In this document: one piece after another, positions 8,404 to 17,020 of the stretch | Layout: the number at the start of each line of letters is the position of its first letter | Numbering within the stretch: the first letter of the stretch is position 1 | Origin: an uncultured Candidatus Bathyarchaeia archaeon | Lineage (GTDB): Archaea; Thermoproteota; Bathyarchaeia; 40CM-2-53-6; CAYOZM01 | Assembly (NCBI GenBank): GCA_964408475.1 | Contig: CAYOZM010000001.1 | Location: 1-55,916, forward strand | Length of the DNA: 55,916 bases | Direction: 5' to 3' | Made by a program: the position numbers and the translations under genes | The notes under the pieces: generated by a model | Database searches by the model: none | Told to the model about the DNA's origin: nothing | What the model saw: the letters and a program-made list of their open reading frames with translations, nothing else

Positions 8404-8814
8404 TTGGAGGCGACTACATTGTTTCCGGACATCCTCAATGAAGTGAGAGAGATAATGGTTACTGAAGTAGTTACAATAAGCCCTGATCGAGTTATTGCGG
8501 AGGCGGCGAAGCTAATGGAAGATAAGGACGTAGGTAGCGTAATTGTCGTAGAGAACAAAAAGGTGGTAGGGATTATCACTGAAAGAGATTTCTTGCGTTT
8601 GGCTGCTGCGGGTTACGATGTAAGAACGATGAAGGTTAGAGACGGTATGACAAAACCGCCGATAGTTTGCGAACCATCTATGAAGATCACAGACGCCTAC
8701 GCTCTTATGAGAAATCGGCGAGTCAGACACGTTCCAGTAGTAGAAAAGAATGGAGAACTCGTAGGCATCGTAGGATTCCGCGACTTAATCACTCACGGAC
8801 GATTAATACTTTAG
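8404..8814 (+). CDS. CBS-domain pair protein
   Basis: Two CBS repeats (MVTEVVTISPD...VGSVIVVENKKVVGIITERD; MTKPPIVCEP...VRHVPVVEKNGELVGIVGFRD). The start is uncertain: TTG 8404, GTG 8443 or ATG 8455. Confidence 0.85.
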   Translation: MEATTLFPDILNEVREIMVTEVVTISPDRVIAEAAKLMEDKDVGSVIVVENKKVVGIITERDFLRLAAAGYDVRTMKVRDGMTKPPIVCEPSMKITDAYALMRNRRVRHVPVVEKNGELVGIVGFRDLITHGRLIL

Positions 8815-8851
8815 ATGTTTACTCTTTAGGGGCGCAGAGAATGATGAGTAC

Positions 8852-9277
8852 CTAAAGGTAGCGCGATATCCTCGGCAGTTCTCTTCCTAGAATCCTCCTC
8901 GCAGAATAAACTATAGCATTTGCAAATAGAATAGTGAGGGTAGCTACATCCTCGCCGGGCAGCTCCATTTCTAACCCTCCTTTCGAATACATTACACGGA
9001 TGCTATCCTCAAACTCTGGGGCGTACCTTTGAAGAAAGTAATAGATTTCGAATCTGGCGTAAGGTCTCAACTCCATAGTCCAGGCTGTTGCCCCATCAAT
9101 CTCGCAATCAACCAATCTGCCACCCATGTATTCAGCCACTTGGGCGGCCTCTGAGGAAGACAACTGTTTTATAATCTGGACCCTGAACTCCATCGCTCGC
9201 TTGACTAATTCTTCGTGAACCGAGCCGCCTTCAAATGCTGCCAAGCCAATAAGGGTTGATTTATCTATCCTCTGCAA
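8852..9277 (-). CDS. Hypothetical protein
   Basis: A 141-aa ORF with a TTG start and no motif I can name confidently. Its composition looks coding. Confidence 0.45.
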   Translation of the reverse strand: MQRIDKSTLIGLAAFEGGSVHEELVKRAMEFRVQIIKQLSSSEAAQVAEYMGGRLVDCEIDGATAWTMELRPYARFEIYYFLQRYAPEFEDSIRVMYSKGGLEMELPGEDVATLTILFANAIVYSARRILGRELPRISRYL

Positions 9278-9380
9278 CTACGGCACCATACATTGAGAAT
9301 AGGATGGCTTAAGTCTGATCGATAGGCGCGGTATCGTCTCGAGGGCCGCGTTCTCCAGCGAAGATTTTTGTAGAGCCTTT

Positions 9381-9611
9381 TCAGACACTATAGATTTCTT
9401 CGACTGAAAACAACCTATTGTTCGAAAAGAAGCCCTTTAAATCGCAGATCTCACACCAAGCTCCAACCTTTTTCTCCGAGCCTTCAGAATAGTAAATGTT
9501 CATCGCCGCTTTGCCACATCGAGGGCAGATATGGTTGGTCACTTTCTCGAGATCGAACACCTTTCTCTTCCCAATTTGACGGTTCTTCTTCGATTTTAGA
9601 TGAGGGGACAT
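9381..9611 (-). CDS. Small zinc-ribbon protein (hypothetical)
   Basis: CPRCG ... CEICD four-Cys ribbon with a basic N-terminus, 76 aa. Confidence 0.5.
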   Translation of the reverse strand: MSPHLKSKKNRQIGKRKVFDLEKVTNHICPRCGKAAMNIYYSEGSEKKVGAWCEICDLKGFFSNNRLFSVEEIYSV

Positions 9612-9646
9612 TGTATTCGCGCTCGCTCCAAAATTTTAGAGTTCTA

Positions 9647-9655
9647 TTTATAAAT
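9647..9655. promoter_or_regulatory. Candidate palindromic TATA element (TTTATAAAT)
   Basis: It lies 36-44 nt upstream of the minus-strand start at 9611, in a divergent intergenic region. Confidence 0.3.
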
Positions 9656-9883
9656 GAATTATTAAGGTAGGCGATATATTTCGAGGTTCGCTATATCTTG
9701 AGCTTCGATAGGGTCCTTCTAGTCCGAAAGTTGCCGGGTCGACTACATTTTTCTCGTCTATGGCCGGAGCTACACCTTGTAACGGAACGCGCGAAGTATA
9801 GATTCAGGCATGAGCGAAGCCAAAATTCGAATCCCGGCCTAAGCATCATCTTTTTATTCGATTCGTATGTGAAGTTACGAGCT

Positions 9884-10663
9884 ATGAGATTGGATCTATC
9901 GCTCCCTATAATTGTCTTCGCCGTAACCACGATCGCGATAGCGGCATATCCGCTCTGTGAGAGTCGGATGAAAGCGCTGTATAAGCATGAGAGGTTTAGG
10001 ACACGAGACATTGTTCTCTTGATTGTTGCCTTTTCCGTAGTTATCGCGATAACGGCCTTAGCGCCTCAGCTGGCTTTGCTAGTGTTCTTCTTGGCGATGT
10101 ATTCTATTGGGCTATTTCTTTTCGCATATACAATATGGCCTAAGTGGTACTTTGCTGTCCTCTTTCCTGCAATATTCATAGTGCTATATTTCTACCACTG
10201 GACGATTATTGAGCTGGACATCTTCTCTCTTACGTTTGTTGTATTTCTGGCTATGGCATTGAATGGTTTCTTCAGCTGGAAGACCTCCGCACTGTTCGCA
10301 GGTCTGCTAACAGTAGTCGACGTTGTCCACGTGTTTGGCACCAAAATGATGATCTCCTCGGCGTTGAAGATCGTCGCGTTGAAACTGCCTTTGACAATTG
10401 TACTCCCAACATTCCCTTCGGAGGGCCAAGTAATCATAGGGCTAGGCGATATCTTTCTTGCAATACTGCTTTCGCTACAAACCTTTCAGAAGCTAGGGAG
10501 AAATCTCAGTTTGATTTGCGCTCTTTCAATCTCGCTGATGTTTCTTGTCTTAGAGATGGTTCAGCTGAACTTTAAGTTGCATTTCTTCCCGGCCACCATC
10601 GCAGTCGTCGTCGGTTGGTTAGCGACAGTTTGTTTAAGCAAAGCGTTGAGTATCCGTCGCTAG
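9884..10663 (+). CDS. Presenilin/signal-peptide-peptidase-like GxGD intramembrane aspartyl protease
   Basis: It is polytopic (about 8-9 TM). LLTVVDVVHVFGTKMM resembles the SPP YD/WVFGT motif and IIGLGDIFLAILL is a GxGD motif. The C-terminal FFPATIAVV sits where PAL is expected. ATG at 9884 is the first hydrophobic-compatible start; the ORF track extends to 9698. Confidence 0.65.
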   Translation: MRLDLSLPIIVFAVTTIAIAAYPLCESRMKALYKHERFRTRDIVLLIVAFSVVIAITALAPQLALLVFFLAMYSIGLFLFAYTIWPKWYFAVLFPAIFIVLYFYHWTIIELDIFSLTFVVFLAMALNGFFSWKTSALFAGLLTVVDVVHVFGTKMMISSALKIVALKLPLTIVLPTFPSEGQVIIGLGDIFLAILLSLQTFQKLGRNLSLICALSISLMFLVLEMVQLNFKLHFFPATIAVVVGWLATVCLSKALSIRR

Positions 10664-10727
10664 GAATTCCACTTTAGAAGAAACTTCAGTTTAATACTGA
10701 CTTCGATGATAGTTGACTTGCTGAAAC

Positions 10728-11138
10728 ATGTTACGCACAACTGAAAAGATTCAAAGAATGCTAAGTAATGAAGAAGAGACAGAACTCAGTAAGATGAAGA
10801 TGAACGTCGTTAGAGTTCTAGCAGTTTACAAAGGGGTATCTTGGAAAACGGAGCTATTTCTGGACCTAGTGAAACTCTTGCAGTTTCTAGGCCAACCAGG
10901 CATCATAGAGTCTCGAATTCTAGATAAAGCACTTGACTCTCTCGCGTCAGACGGAATTATCTCGGTTGAAAATAGGACAAGAGGGGCAATGCTGAAGAAA
11001 GGCATCTGCAAAGATCGACTACTTCGTCTTAACGACCTTGCAGACGTGAGGAGTGTTCTTGAGAAGGACCCGGTATTTGCCCAATACATGCATAGTAGAG
11101 ACAAAATGATTAGAGATGCTCTCTCAAACTGGATCTAA
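10728..11138 (+). CDS. Hypothetical protein (possible winged-helix fold)
   Basis: A 136-aa ORF in a clean intergenic context. No diagnostic motif. Confidence 0.45.
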   Translation: MLRTTEKIQRMLSNEEETELSKMKMNVVRVLAVYKGVSWKTELFLDLVKLLQFLGQPGIIESRILDKALDSLASDGIISVENRTRGAMLKKGICKDRLLRLNDLADVRSVLEKDPVFAQYMHSRDKMIRDALSNWI

Positions 11139-11568
11139 CTCGCAGGCCGACCTCTGGAGGCGAAGTGGCCCAGAGTATTTTATCCAAGCTTGCGTTGACA
11201 ATGAAGCAGTAGGAACGGGTGCTTTTAGTTATTCCTGTTAACCTTTCGGTTACTCAACCGCATTTTCTACCTACTGGCAAACAGTTTTGATGTATCTAAT
11301 CCTTACATAATACCTCCTTCACGATAATTTAGTGGCTGAACCTATGAGCATAGATTATTCTGAGTTCTACAGGGATGCAAGCGGATACTGGCGACTGAAG
11401 CGCGTCATCAAGAAGAGGAACCGACGAGCGATCTGATATGTGCCTGGCAAGAATTCCCGAAGGCGGCCAAAGTTGGAGATTTCGGGAGGCTAATCAGTCA
11501 CAGCGCCATCAACGAATGACAATTGTTATAAACTGTGTGGAGCCGAATAATCCTAGTGAGGAACTTGT

Positions 11569-11856
11569 TTGAGCGCACAAGCCTGTCCGTATTGTAATCG
11601 AGCTCTCTACTTTTCAAGTGAGGCTGGCATGTGGTACTGCTACAGATGTAGACAGTATTACCCTTACGCCGCGACTGAAGTATACCCAACGGCACCCTAT
11701 TATTATCAGCCGCCTTACTATCCGCAACCGGTCCAGCCAATAGCGTTAAGGTCAGAGCCATCAGGCGTAGCGATCGCCGCATTCATCCTTTTTGTCATCA
11801 TCATAATTCTGATAATCGGTGGTCTTTACATCTACTGGAGAATGTTCTACCTTTAG
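11569..11856 (+). CDS. Tail-anchored zinc-ribbon protein with Pro/Tyr-rich linker
   Basis: CPYCNRALYFSSEAGMWYCYRC ribbon, a PYYYQPPYYPQPVQP low-complexity linker, and a C-terminal TM IAAFILFVIIIILIIGGLYIYW. TTG start. Confidence 0.5.
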   Translation: MSAQACPYCNRALYFSSEAGMWYCYRCRQYYPYAATEVYPTAPYYYQPPYYPQPVQPIALRSEPSGVAIAAFILFVIIIILIIGGLYIYWRMFYL

Positions 11857-11871
11857 GGTAAAGGTTGTAGA

Positions 11872-12228
11872 TTACGTAGCCACAGTCTTCCTTCTTCTCG
11901 ACCGCACTTTCGCGAGAACTAGAAGCGATGTCACTCCAAGTATCACAAAAGCCACGACTACTAGTGCCGGGATTAGAGCCACTATCAGGTACTTTACATT
12001 GAGAGGGCTGAGAACATAAAGCGGGTAAAGTCCTGCAGCCAGCGCTAAGAAAACTACTATGACAAGCTCATCCATTCGCGTCCGAACGACATTCCTAACA
12101 AGTTCCTTCCGTTGGGGATCGAATACCCACTCCTTGTCGCAACGGCCACAGTGGTACGTAAGCCAGCGTCTCTCAGGTTTGCCGACAAGTTCAAGCCCTT
12201 CACTACAGTCCGGACATCGCAAGGCCAC
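11872..12228 (-). CDS. Membrane-anchored zinc-ribbon protein
   Basis: CPDCSEGL...YHCGRCDKEW ribbon, then two predicted TMs and a basic tail RSRRRK. It is convergent with 11569..11856, 15 nt apart. Confidence 0.55.
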   Translation of the reverse strand: MALRCPDCSEGLELVGKPERRWLTYHCGRCDKEWVFDPQRKELVRNVVRTRMDELVIVVFLALAAGLYPLYVLSPLNVKYLIVALIPALVVVAFVILGVTSLLVLAKVRSRRRKTVAT

Positions 12229-12434
12229 TTATTCCACCGCTAATAAGTTAAGCGCATCATTATTTTTGTCTTATTCCTTGGCGACTGTTCACATACAACA
12301 GTGGATTAGAGCAATTCGGTACCTTCTACGCAGTTACATGGCAAGTGTGTCGAGCTTCGATAGGTCGAATTTCTAAATAATACTTTTTTAAAACGTCGGA
12401 AAACTGGATGCGCAAGAACTTGGAGGTGCTTTGA

Positions 12435-12530
12435 ATGGAGAAGAAGACCATCGCGACTATTGCCTTGCTCGCAATAGGTGTGGGCGCCGGAGTAGCTGCT
12501 TTCACTCTCAGGCGCAAGCAAAAGCAATAA
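12435..12530 (+). CDS. 31-aa single-TM micro-protein (candidate)
   Basis: MEKKTIATIALLAIGVGAGVAAFTLRRKQKQ. A GGAGGTG site lies 6 nt upstream of the ATG, a T6A4 TATA-like element is at 12384-12393, and a hairpin follows the stop. Confidence 0.35.
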   Translation: MEKKTIATIALLAIGVGAGVAAFTLRRKQKQ

Positions 12531-12548
12531 GAAACCATTCCAATCCGC

Positions 12549-12573
12549 GAGCGTGGCGTCGATAACCACGCTC
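12549..12573. terminator. Perfect 8-bp stem hairpin between convergent genes
   Basis: GAGCGTGG (12549-12556) pairs with CCACGCTC (12566-12573) around a 9-nt loop. It lies between the micro-ORF stop (12530) and the EndA stop (12650). A terminator function is inferred only. Confidence 0.3.
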
Positions 12574-12649
12574 ACACTATTCTCTAGATTCTGCATCAAA
12601 CTCCTTCTCTGGATGAGGCGCCTTCATAAAGCTCCATTGTGTGCAGCTG

Positions 12650-13219
12650 TTAGGCTCTCCACCACTTAAATATGAGATAGTCGACCTTTTCTCTCTCAGA
12701 ATCTGGTATCGCTATAATGAACTGTTTCCTTACGGTTGTCGCCAGTCTACCTGCTCTGACTATTTCGAAAGGCCCCATGGCTTCTTTCTTCTCCTTTACA
12801 GATATAATGAACGGTGCATGGTCTATTCCCGGTCCATGTTCGTAGACGGCAAAGTCTGCTCCAAACTTTATGCCAGGCGTGACGATGTAGCCCTTCTCCT
12901 TTAGGTCCTTGTACACGAGATAGGCTGAAGTGAACTCCTGGTACGTCTCTCTAGCGAGCTTCAGAAGAGTGCTTCGCTTGACCTTCCTCCCCGTAGTCCC
13001 TTCAAAGACCGCGATCTCCTTCCTCTCGTAAAGGAAAAGGCCCTCCATAAGATCTAGGATGAGAGGCACCGTGAACTCCTGGCCGGGCTTGGGCTTCGGT
13101 ATTCCTACAGGCTTGCCGTAGAATCCTTGTCTGTAGAGTTCGTTCCCGGATCTTGAATCCCAAACAACCAGACGCGTTCCAATAAGTTCCGCTTCAGCTC
13201 TACTAGACATGTTGCTCAT
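12650..13219 (-). CDS. endA: tRNA-splicing endonuclease
   Basis: The catalytic-domain pattern is present: GADFAVYEHGPGIDHAPFIISV ... TTVRKQFIIA (Tyr/His/Lys triad context). At 189 aa it is a single-unit EndA. Confidence 0.85.
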   Translation of the reverse strand: MSNMSSRAEAELIGTRLVVWDSRSGNELYRQGFYGKPVGIPKPKPGQEFTVPLILDLMEGLFLYERKEIAVFEGTTGRKVKRSTLLKLARETYQEFTSAYLVYKDLKEKGYIVTPGIKFGADFAVYEHGPGIDHAPFIISVKEKKEAMGPFEIVRAGRLATTVRKQFIIAIPDSEREKVDYLIFKWWRA

Positions 13220-13882
13220 TCAACCTGAGATTGCCAAGACTCTCACGAGATCTGCGACATCTACCGCCAGATCAGCCATTCTCTCCATATGTTGGATTAT
13301 ATCCCTGACAATCAGAACCGACGGCAAGGGCATCTTCGAATCGAGGACCTCTATGTCAAGTGTTCTATAGCTTGAGTCGATCTTCCTTTCAACTTCCTCG
13401 ACGGTCCTGGTCAACTCCATAGCCTTCGAAGGATTGAAGCTCAACGACAGAATAGTTTCCCTCAGCTTGCTTATTTCATCGAGAACGAGTGACGCGAGAT
13501 CGGAGATTCTTGCAAGATACTTTTTTTCAACCTTCCACTTTCTGTCCAGAATCCCCATCAATCTGAATCCTACAGCTTCAGCGTAATCTGCAATCTCTCC
13601 GACTTCAAAAATCAGTCGCATGAAGTCCTCTCTGCTTATCAAAAGAGATCCGACAGAAGCCACCTCTTCTAGAAGAGTGGCCTTAGACTTTTCAGACTCG
13701 TCCAAAAGCTTCAACATCGCTTGGTAATGTTCTCTTGCGCTTTTCTGTTTTCCTTCCACGACACCGTCGAGCATCAGTGCAAGCTCTCTCGTTATTTCAA
13801 CGACGTTGCGAGCATGGTTCTGGCAGATCTCATACATTCTACGCCTGATCGCAGCCTCAGTTTCCAAAGGAAACGTCATCAC
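13220..13882 (-). CDS. DUF47/PhoU-like (TIGR00153-type) protein
   Basis: An all-helical ~220-aa protein with the SREDFMRLIFEVGEIADYAE segment typical of DUF47. Its stop abuts the EndA start. Confidence 0.6.
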   Translation of the reverse strand: MMTFPLETEAAIRRRMYEICQNHARNVVEITRELALMLDGVVEGKQKSAREHYQAMLKLLDESEKSKATLLEEVASVGSLLISREDFMRLIFEVGEIADYAEAVGFRLMGILDRKWKVEKKYLARISDLASLVLDEISKLRETILSLSFNPSKAMELTRTVEEVERKIDSSYRTLDIEVLDSKMPLPSVLIVRDIIQHMERMADLAVDVADLVRVLAISG

Positions 13883-13962
13883 TCGTCCACCGGCGTCTAG
13901 TTGACTTTCGTAGAATGATACTTCGCTCAGGAATTTAAATGCTAAACTAATTTTCTATGAAG

Positions 13963-15693
13963 TCAATGAAGCCCCATCGCTTCCAGTGAAATGCCAGAAA
14001 AATATCTCCTCATCACTTCAGGAAGACTGCCAGTTTTGACTCTCACCTGCCTCCACGAATCTCTGTCTCTCAATGTCACTGTCTTATCATCCTTTGTTTG
14101 GTAGTCAACCGTTACGGCTAATGGCACCCCAACCTCATCGGCTCTTGCATATCGTCTCCCGATCGAACCTGCTTCGTCGTATTCGACATCAAAATGTTCT
14201 GCAGTTAGATTTTCATAAATTTTCTCCGCCAACTCCGGCAAGCCGTCCTTGCTTACGAGTGGCAGCACTACTGCTTGTATCGGCGCCAGATCTCTAGGGA
14301 TCTTCAGCACAGTTCTGTTTTTGACTCTGGAGTACGCGTACTCTAGAGTCGCGTAAACGAGTCTTTCAGCGCCGAAACTGGGCTCCACAACGTGCGGAAT
14401 GAACCTTCTTCCGGTCTCGGCCTTCTGCTCCAACCTGACCTCTACATGCTCAGGAAGAATTCGCAAGTCTTTACACCGATAGTATCCTTGCTCGCGGAAT
14501 TCCTTCTCAACCTCATCTGGATCAGCTTTAGCGATCAGCTCCAGAACTTCTTGCGTTCTTTCCTTAAAGGCCCGACGTACAGCAGAGGCGACTGGCCGCA
14601 AAACTTTAAACTTCTTTCTAATTGGCTCTTCATGCTTCTCGAAGACTCTAATGTCAACTCCTGAATGCTTCCAATGCATCGAGAGATCGTAATCGGTCCT
14701 ATACGCGTGGCCGGCGAGCTCAGTCCATCCCCATCTCTCCAGGAAAACCTCATGATCATAAGTTTGAGCTGAGTAGTGAGCTCTCTCTCCAAGCAGTTTC
14801 TCATGGAATCTCTGATTGCCTGAAGGTATGCCGAGTTCTGCTACGAACCTCTTCGACAGCGCCATGAAGTATGCCATCCACTCATTCAGTATATAGCCCC
14901 TGCTCAAACAATCAGCGACTGTCAGATCGAGAGGCTCCTCAACGTTTCTCAATCTTAATTCCGCAGGTACAATTCTAATGCGTTCGTTCGCTACGTTTCC
15001 TAGCTGATCGCAACTATTCTTCTCAGGATCGAAGAAGAATTCAAACTCCATTATTGTGAACTCTCGGAGTCTTATAGGTCCTTGTCTTGGAGAGATCTCA
15101 TTCCTGAGCGCCTTTCCTATTTGGGCAACTCCGAGCGGCAGTTTCTCTCTGGCGATCTCTAAGAGCCGTTTGAAATCTATGAACATACCTTGCGCAGCCT
15201 CTGGCCTACAATAACCTACGGCTTCGCTGTATGGGCCGATCGTGGTCGCAAACATAGTTTGAAAGTACTCCGGTTTAGAGAACTCTCCTCCACATTCTGG
15301 GCATCGAACCATGTTCTCTCTCATCTTATGGTCCAGTTCATCGAGAGTCAAAGACTCAGTTTCGACAGACACAGATTCTCTCAGTATATGATCAGCGCGA
15401 TAACGTCGTTTACATTTGACACACTCAACCATGGGGTCTTTGAAATGGGTGACATGCCCGGAGGCTTCAAATACTTTGCTGGGCATGACTATCGGTGTGA
15501 CTATTTCCATCAGATGTTGTTTTCTAACAAAGAAATCTCGCCACTTCTCCTCTATCTTCGTCTTCAGTCCGGCGCCAACTGGGCCGAAATCTATGAACCC
15601 GCTTGCACCACCATATATCTCGAAAGACTGCCAAAAGAATCCTCTTCTACGAGCAGTCTCTTCCAGCATCTCGTACTTGTCCGGCTCAGTCAA
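13963..15693 (-). CDS. glyS: Glycine--tRNA ligase (archaeal/eukaryotic alpha2 type)
   Basis: RRGFFWQSFEIYGGASGFIDFGPVGAGLK at the N-terminus, class II motifs, and a C-terminal anticodon-binding domain. 576 aa. Confidence 0.95.
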   Translation of the reverse strand: MTEPDKYEMLEETARRRGFFWQSFEIYGGASGFIDFGPVGAGLKTKIEEKWRDFFVRKQHLMEIVTPIVMPSKVFEASGHVTHFKDPMVECVKCKRRYRADHILRESVSVETESLTLDELDHKMRENMVRCPECGGEFSKPEYFQTMFATTIGPYSEAVGYCRPEAAQGMFIDFKRLLEIAREKLPLGVAQIGKALRNEISPRQGPIRLREFTIMEFEFFFDPEKNSCDQLGNVANERIRIVPAELRLRNVEEPLDLTVADCLSRGYILNEWMAYFMALSKRFVAELGIPSGNQRFHEKLLGERAHYSAQTYDHEVFLERWGWTELAGHAYRTDYDLSMHWKHSGVDIRVFEKHEEPIRKKFKVLRPVASAVRRAFKERTQEVLELIAKADPDEVEKEFREQGYYRCKDLRILPEHVEVRLEQKAETGRRFIPHVVEPSFGAERLVYATLEYAYSRVKNRTVLKIPRDLAPIQAVVLPLVSKDGLPELAEKIYENLTAEHFDVEYDEAGSIGRRYARADEVGVPLAVTVDYQTKDDKTVTLRDRDSWRQVRVKTGSLPEVMRRYFSGISLEAMGLH

Positions 15694-15803
15694 GTCTCAT
15701 CACGTCTAACTCTGATTCAACACTGTTGTCTCTGTCCTTAGGAATTAAAGATTCTCTATCTGGCGGCCCAATCTCGCGCATCGCCAATGGACGTAATGAA
15801 ATG

Positions 15804-16391
15804 TTAGGGTAGATTATTCCGGTTAGGGAAGAACACCTCAGATCGCTTCACTCCCCATTGATGAAAATGCGGTGCAAGTTTCTTCAAAGCCATTCGACAA
15901 AGACGCACGAAATAGCCTTGCCTCAGTTTTCTTCCTCGACCTAGTCCTTGGCATTCATGCTCTGGCAGCTCAAATTCAAGAGTGCCACTTTCAGACCGTT
16001 TGAGAAGGAAAGGATAAAACCTGCAGACGAGAGGTCGCTTGGAATAAATGCGACAGGAGACGCCATTTAGGAACATGCACCTGTTATTATTCTTCCTAAT
16101 CTCAAACTCGTAAGGTTCAGCGTCTTTCAGTCTGCCCGCAAACTCTTCAATGCGCATGCCAGTCCTACCCGCTATGGCTCGCGCCTCCGAGGCCAATATT
16201 AAGATATGACGAGCACGCTTCTCTGTGTCTCCACAACATATTGCACAGCGAACGCATTTCCACCTCAGATTTTCTGGATAAGCTATGTTCTTCTTTTTGG
16301 AGACAGCGTAGCCCGGGCTGGGTTTGGCTATATTAACGTGGCTAAAGTTATGAGCTGCGGAGTTAAGTTCACTCTTCCCGGTGGATTTCAA
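15804..16391 (-). CDS. YkgJ/UPF0153 family Cys-cluster (zinc/iron-chelating) protein
   Basis: CVRCAICCG (CxxCxxCC) plus downstream CMFL...CRIY...CRFYPF cysteines. TTG start. Confidence 0.7.
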   Translation of the reverse strand: MKSTGKSELNSAAHNFSHVNIAKPSPGYAVSKKKNIAYPENLRWKCVRCAICCGDTEKRARHILILASEARAIAGRTGMRIEEFAGRLKDAEPYEFEIRKNNNRCMFLNGVSCRIYSKRPLVCRFYPFLLKRSESGTLEFELPEHECQGLGRGRKLRQGYFVRLCRMALKKLAPHFHQWGVKRSEVFFPNRNNLP

Positions 16392-16707
16392 ACCGTGACG
16401 ATCTCACTTTCGGTTCTTAGCGAATTCCCTTGGCGAGTGATAAGCCCTGTGAGCTTCATCGCGAGATCAATTTCGCGGAACAAGCGCACCTATCGATTTC
16501 ACTGCATTGAGACGTTAAATCGCCATCGTCTTTCGGTCCTAGGCGTTGGCCGCCTCGTAAACCATTTTGAGCGCAATAGAGTAACCCCCAGCCCTTTATA
16601 TCGTTCGTCGTTTGACTCCGTCGGAGCCAAGAACAATAAATTCTTCCCGTCCCTCAGCCTCGGTGACCGTAACCCTTCTGGATCTCTCTCATCCAATCGT
16701 TCAGTAG

Positions 16708-16884
16708 CTATCTAGCTCTAACATGCTTGACTATAGGCGGCCTGACCTTTCTTAGTATGCGGTAACCACATATCGGACACTTTATCTCAGGAGTCATGGA
16801 GAGTTGCTCAGCTGTAATACTTGAGCCACAGTTGACACACTCATACAGTATTCCTCCGATCCTCTCTTCCTTTCCCTCGGCCAA
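16708..16884 (-). CDS. rpoP: DNA-directed RNA polymerase subunit P (Rpo12)
   Basis: The C-terminal core YECVNCGSSITAEQLSMTPEIKCPICGYRILRKVRPPIVKHVRAR matches the RpoP zinc ribbon. The start is uncertain: TTG at 16884 or 16893, while the ORF track extends to ATG 16965. Confidence 0.7.
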   Translation of the reverse strand: MAEGKEERIGGILYECVNCGSSITAEQLSMTPEIKCPICGYRILRKVRPPIVKHVRAR

Positions 16885-17020
16885 TGAGATCAACCTCTCA
16901 TACTTGCTGCAAACCAATGCAATTAAACGTTTTGCAAAGATCACTCTACAGGATTCGCGGAACATGGCAACGAGCGTGGACAGAAAGAATAAGAAGTCTT
17001 GCAGTTCCTAGAACTGAAGT

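Noticed and set aside
8154-8579. 141-aa minus-strand ORF
   Set aside because: It is antisense to the DRG-type TGS mini-ORF and to the N-terminus of the CBS protein, both of which have recognisable motifs. Its sequence is low-complexity and Ser/Thr/Ile-rich.
9762-9845. tRNA-like stretch with GGCCGG...TTCGAATCCCGGCC
   Set aside because: The TTCGAAT T-loop-like heptamer has no pairing T-stem (CAAAA versus CCCGG). No D-arm or anticodon arm can be drawn on either strand, even allowing introns.
15190-15741. 183-aa plus-strand ORF (and the overlapping 15416..15709 and 15603..15812 ORFs)
   Set aside because: They are antisense to GlyRS.
16392-16707. Possible gene or ncRNA between ykgJ-like and rpoP (65-aa ORF 16499..16696)
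   Set aside because: The 65-aa ORF is Arg-rich with a TTG start and no motif. The other frames lack start codons. I found no recognisable RNA signature, so I leave it unannotated.
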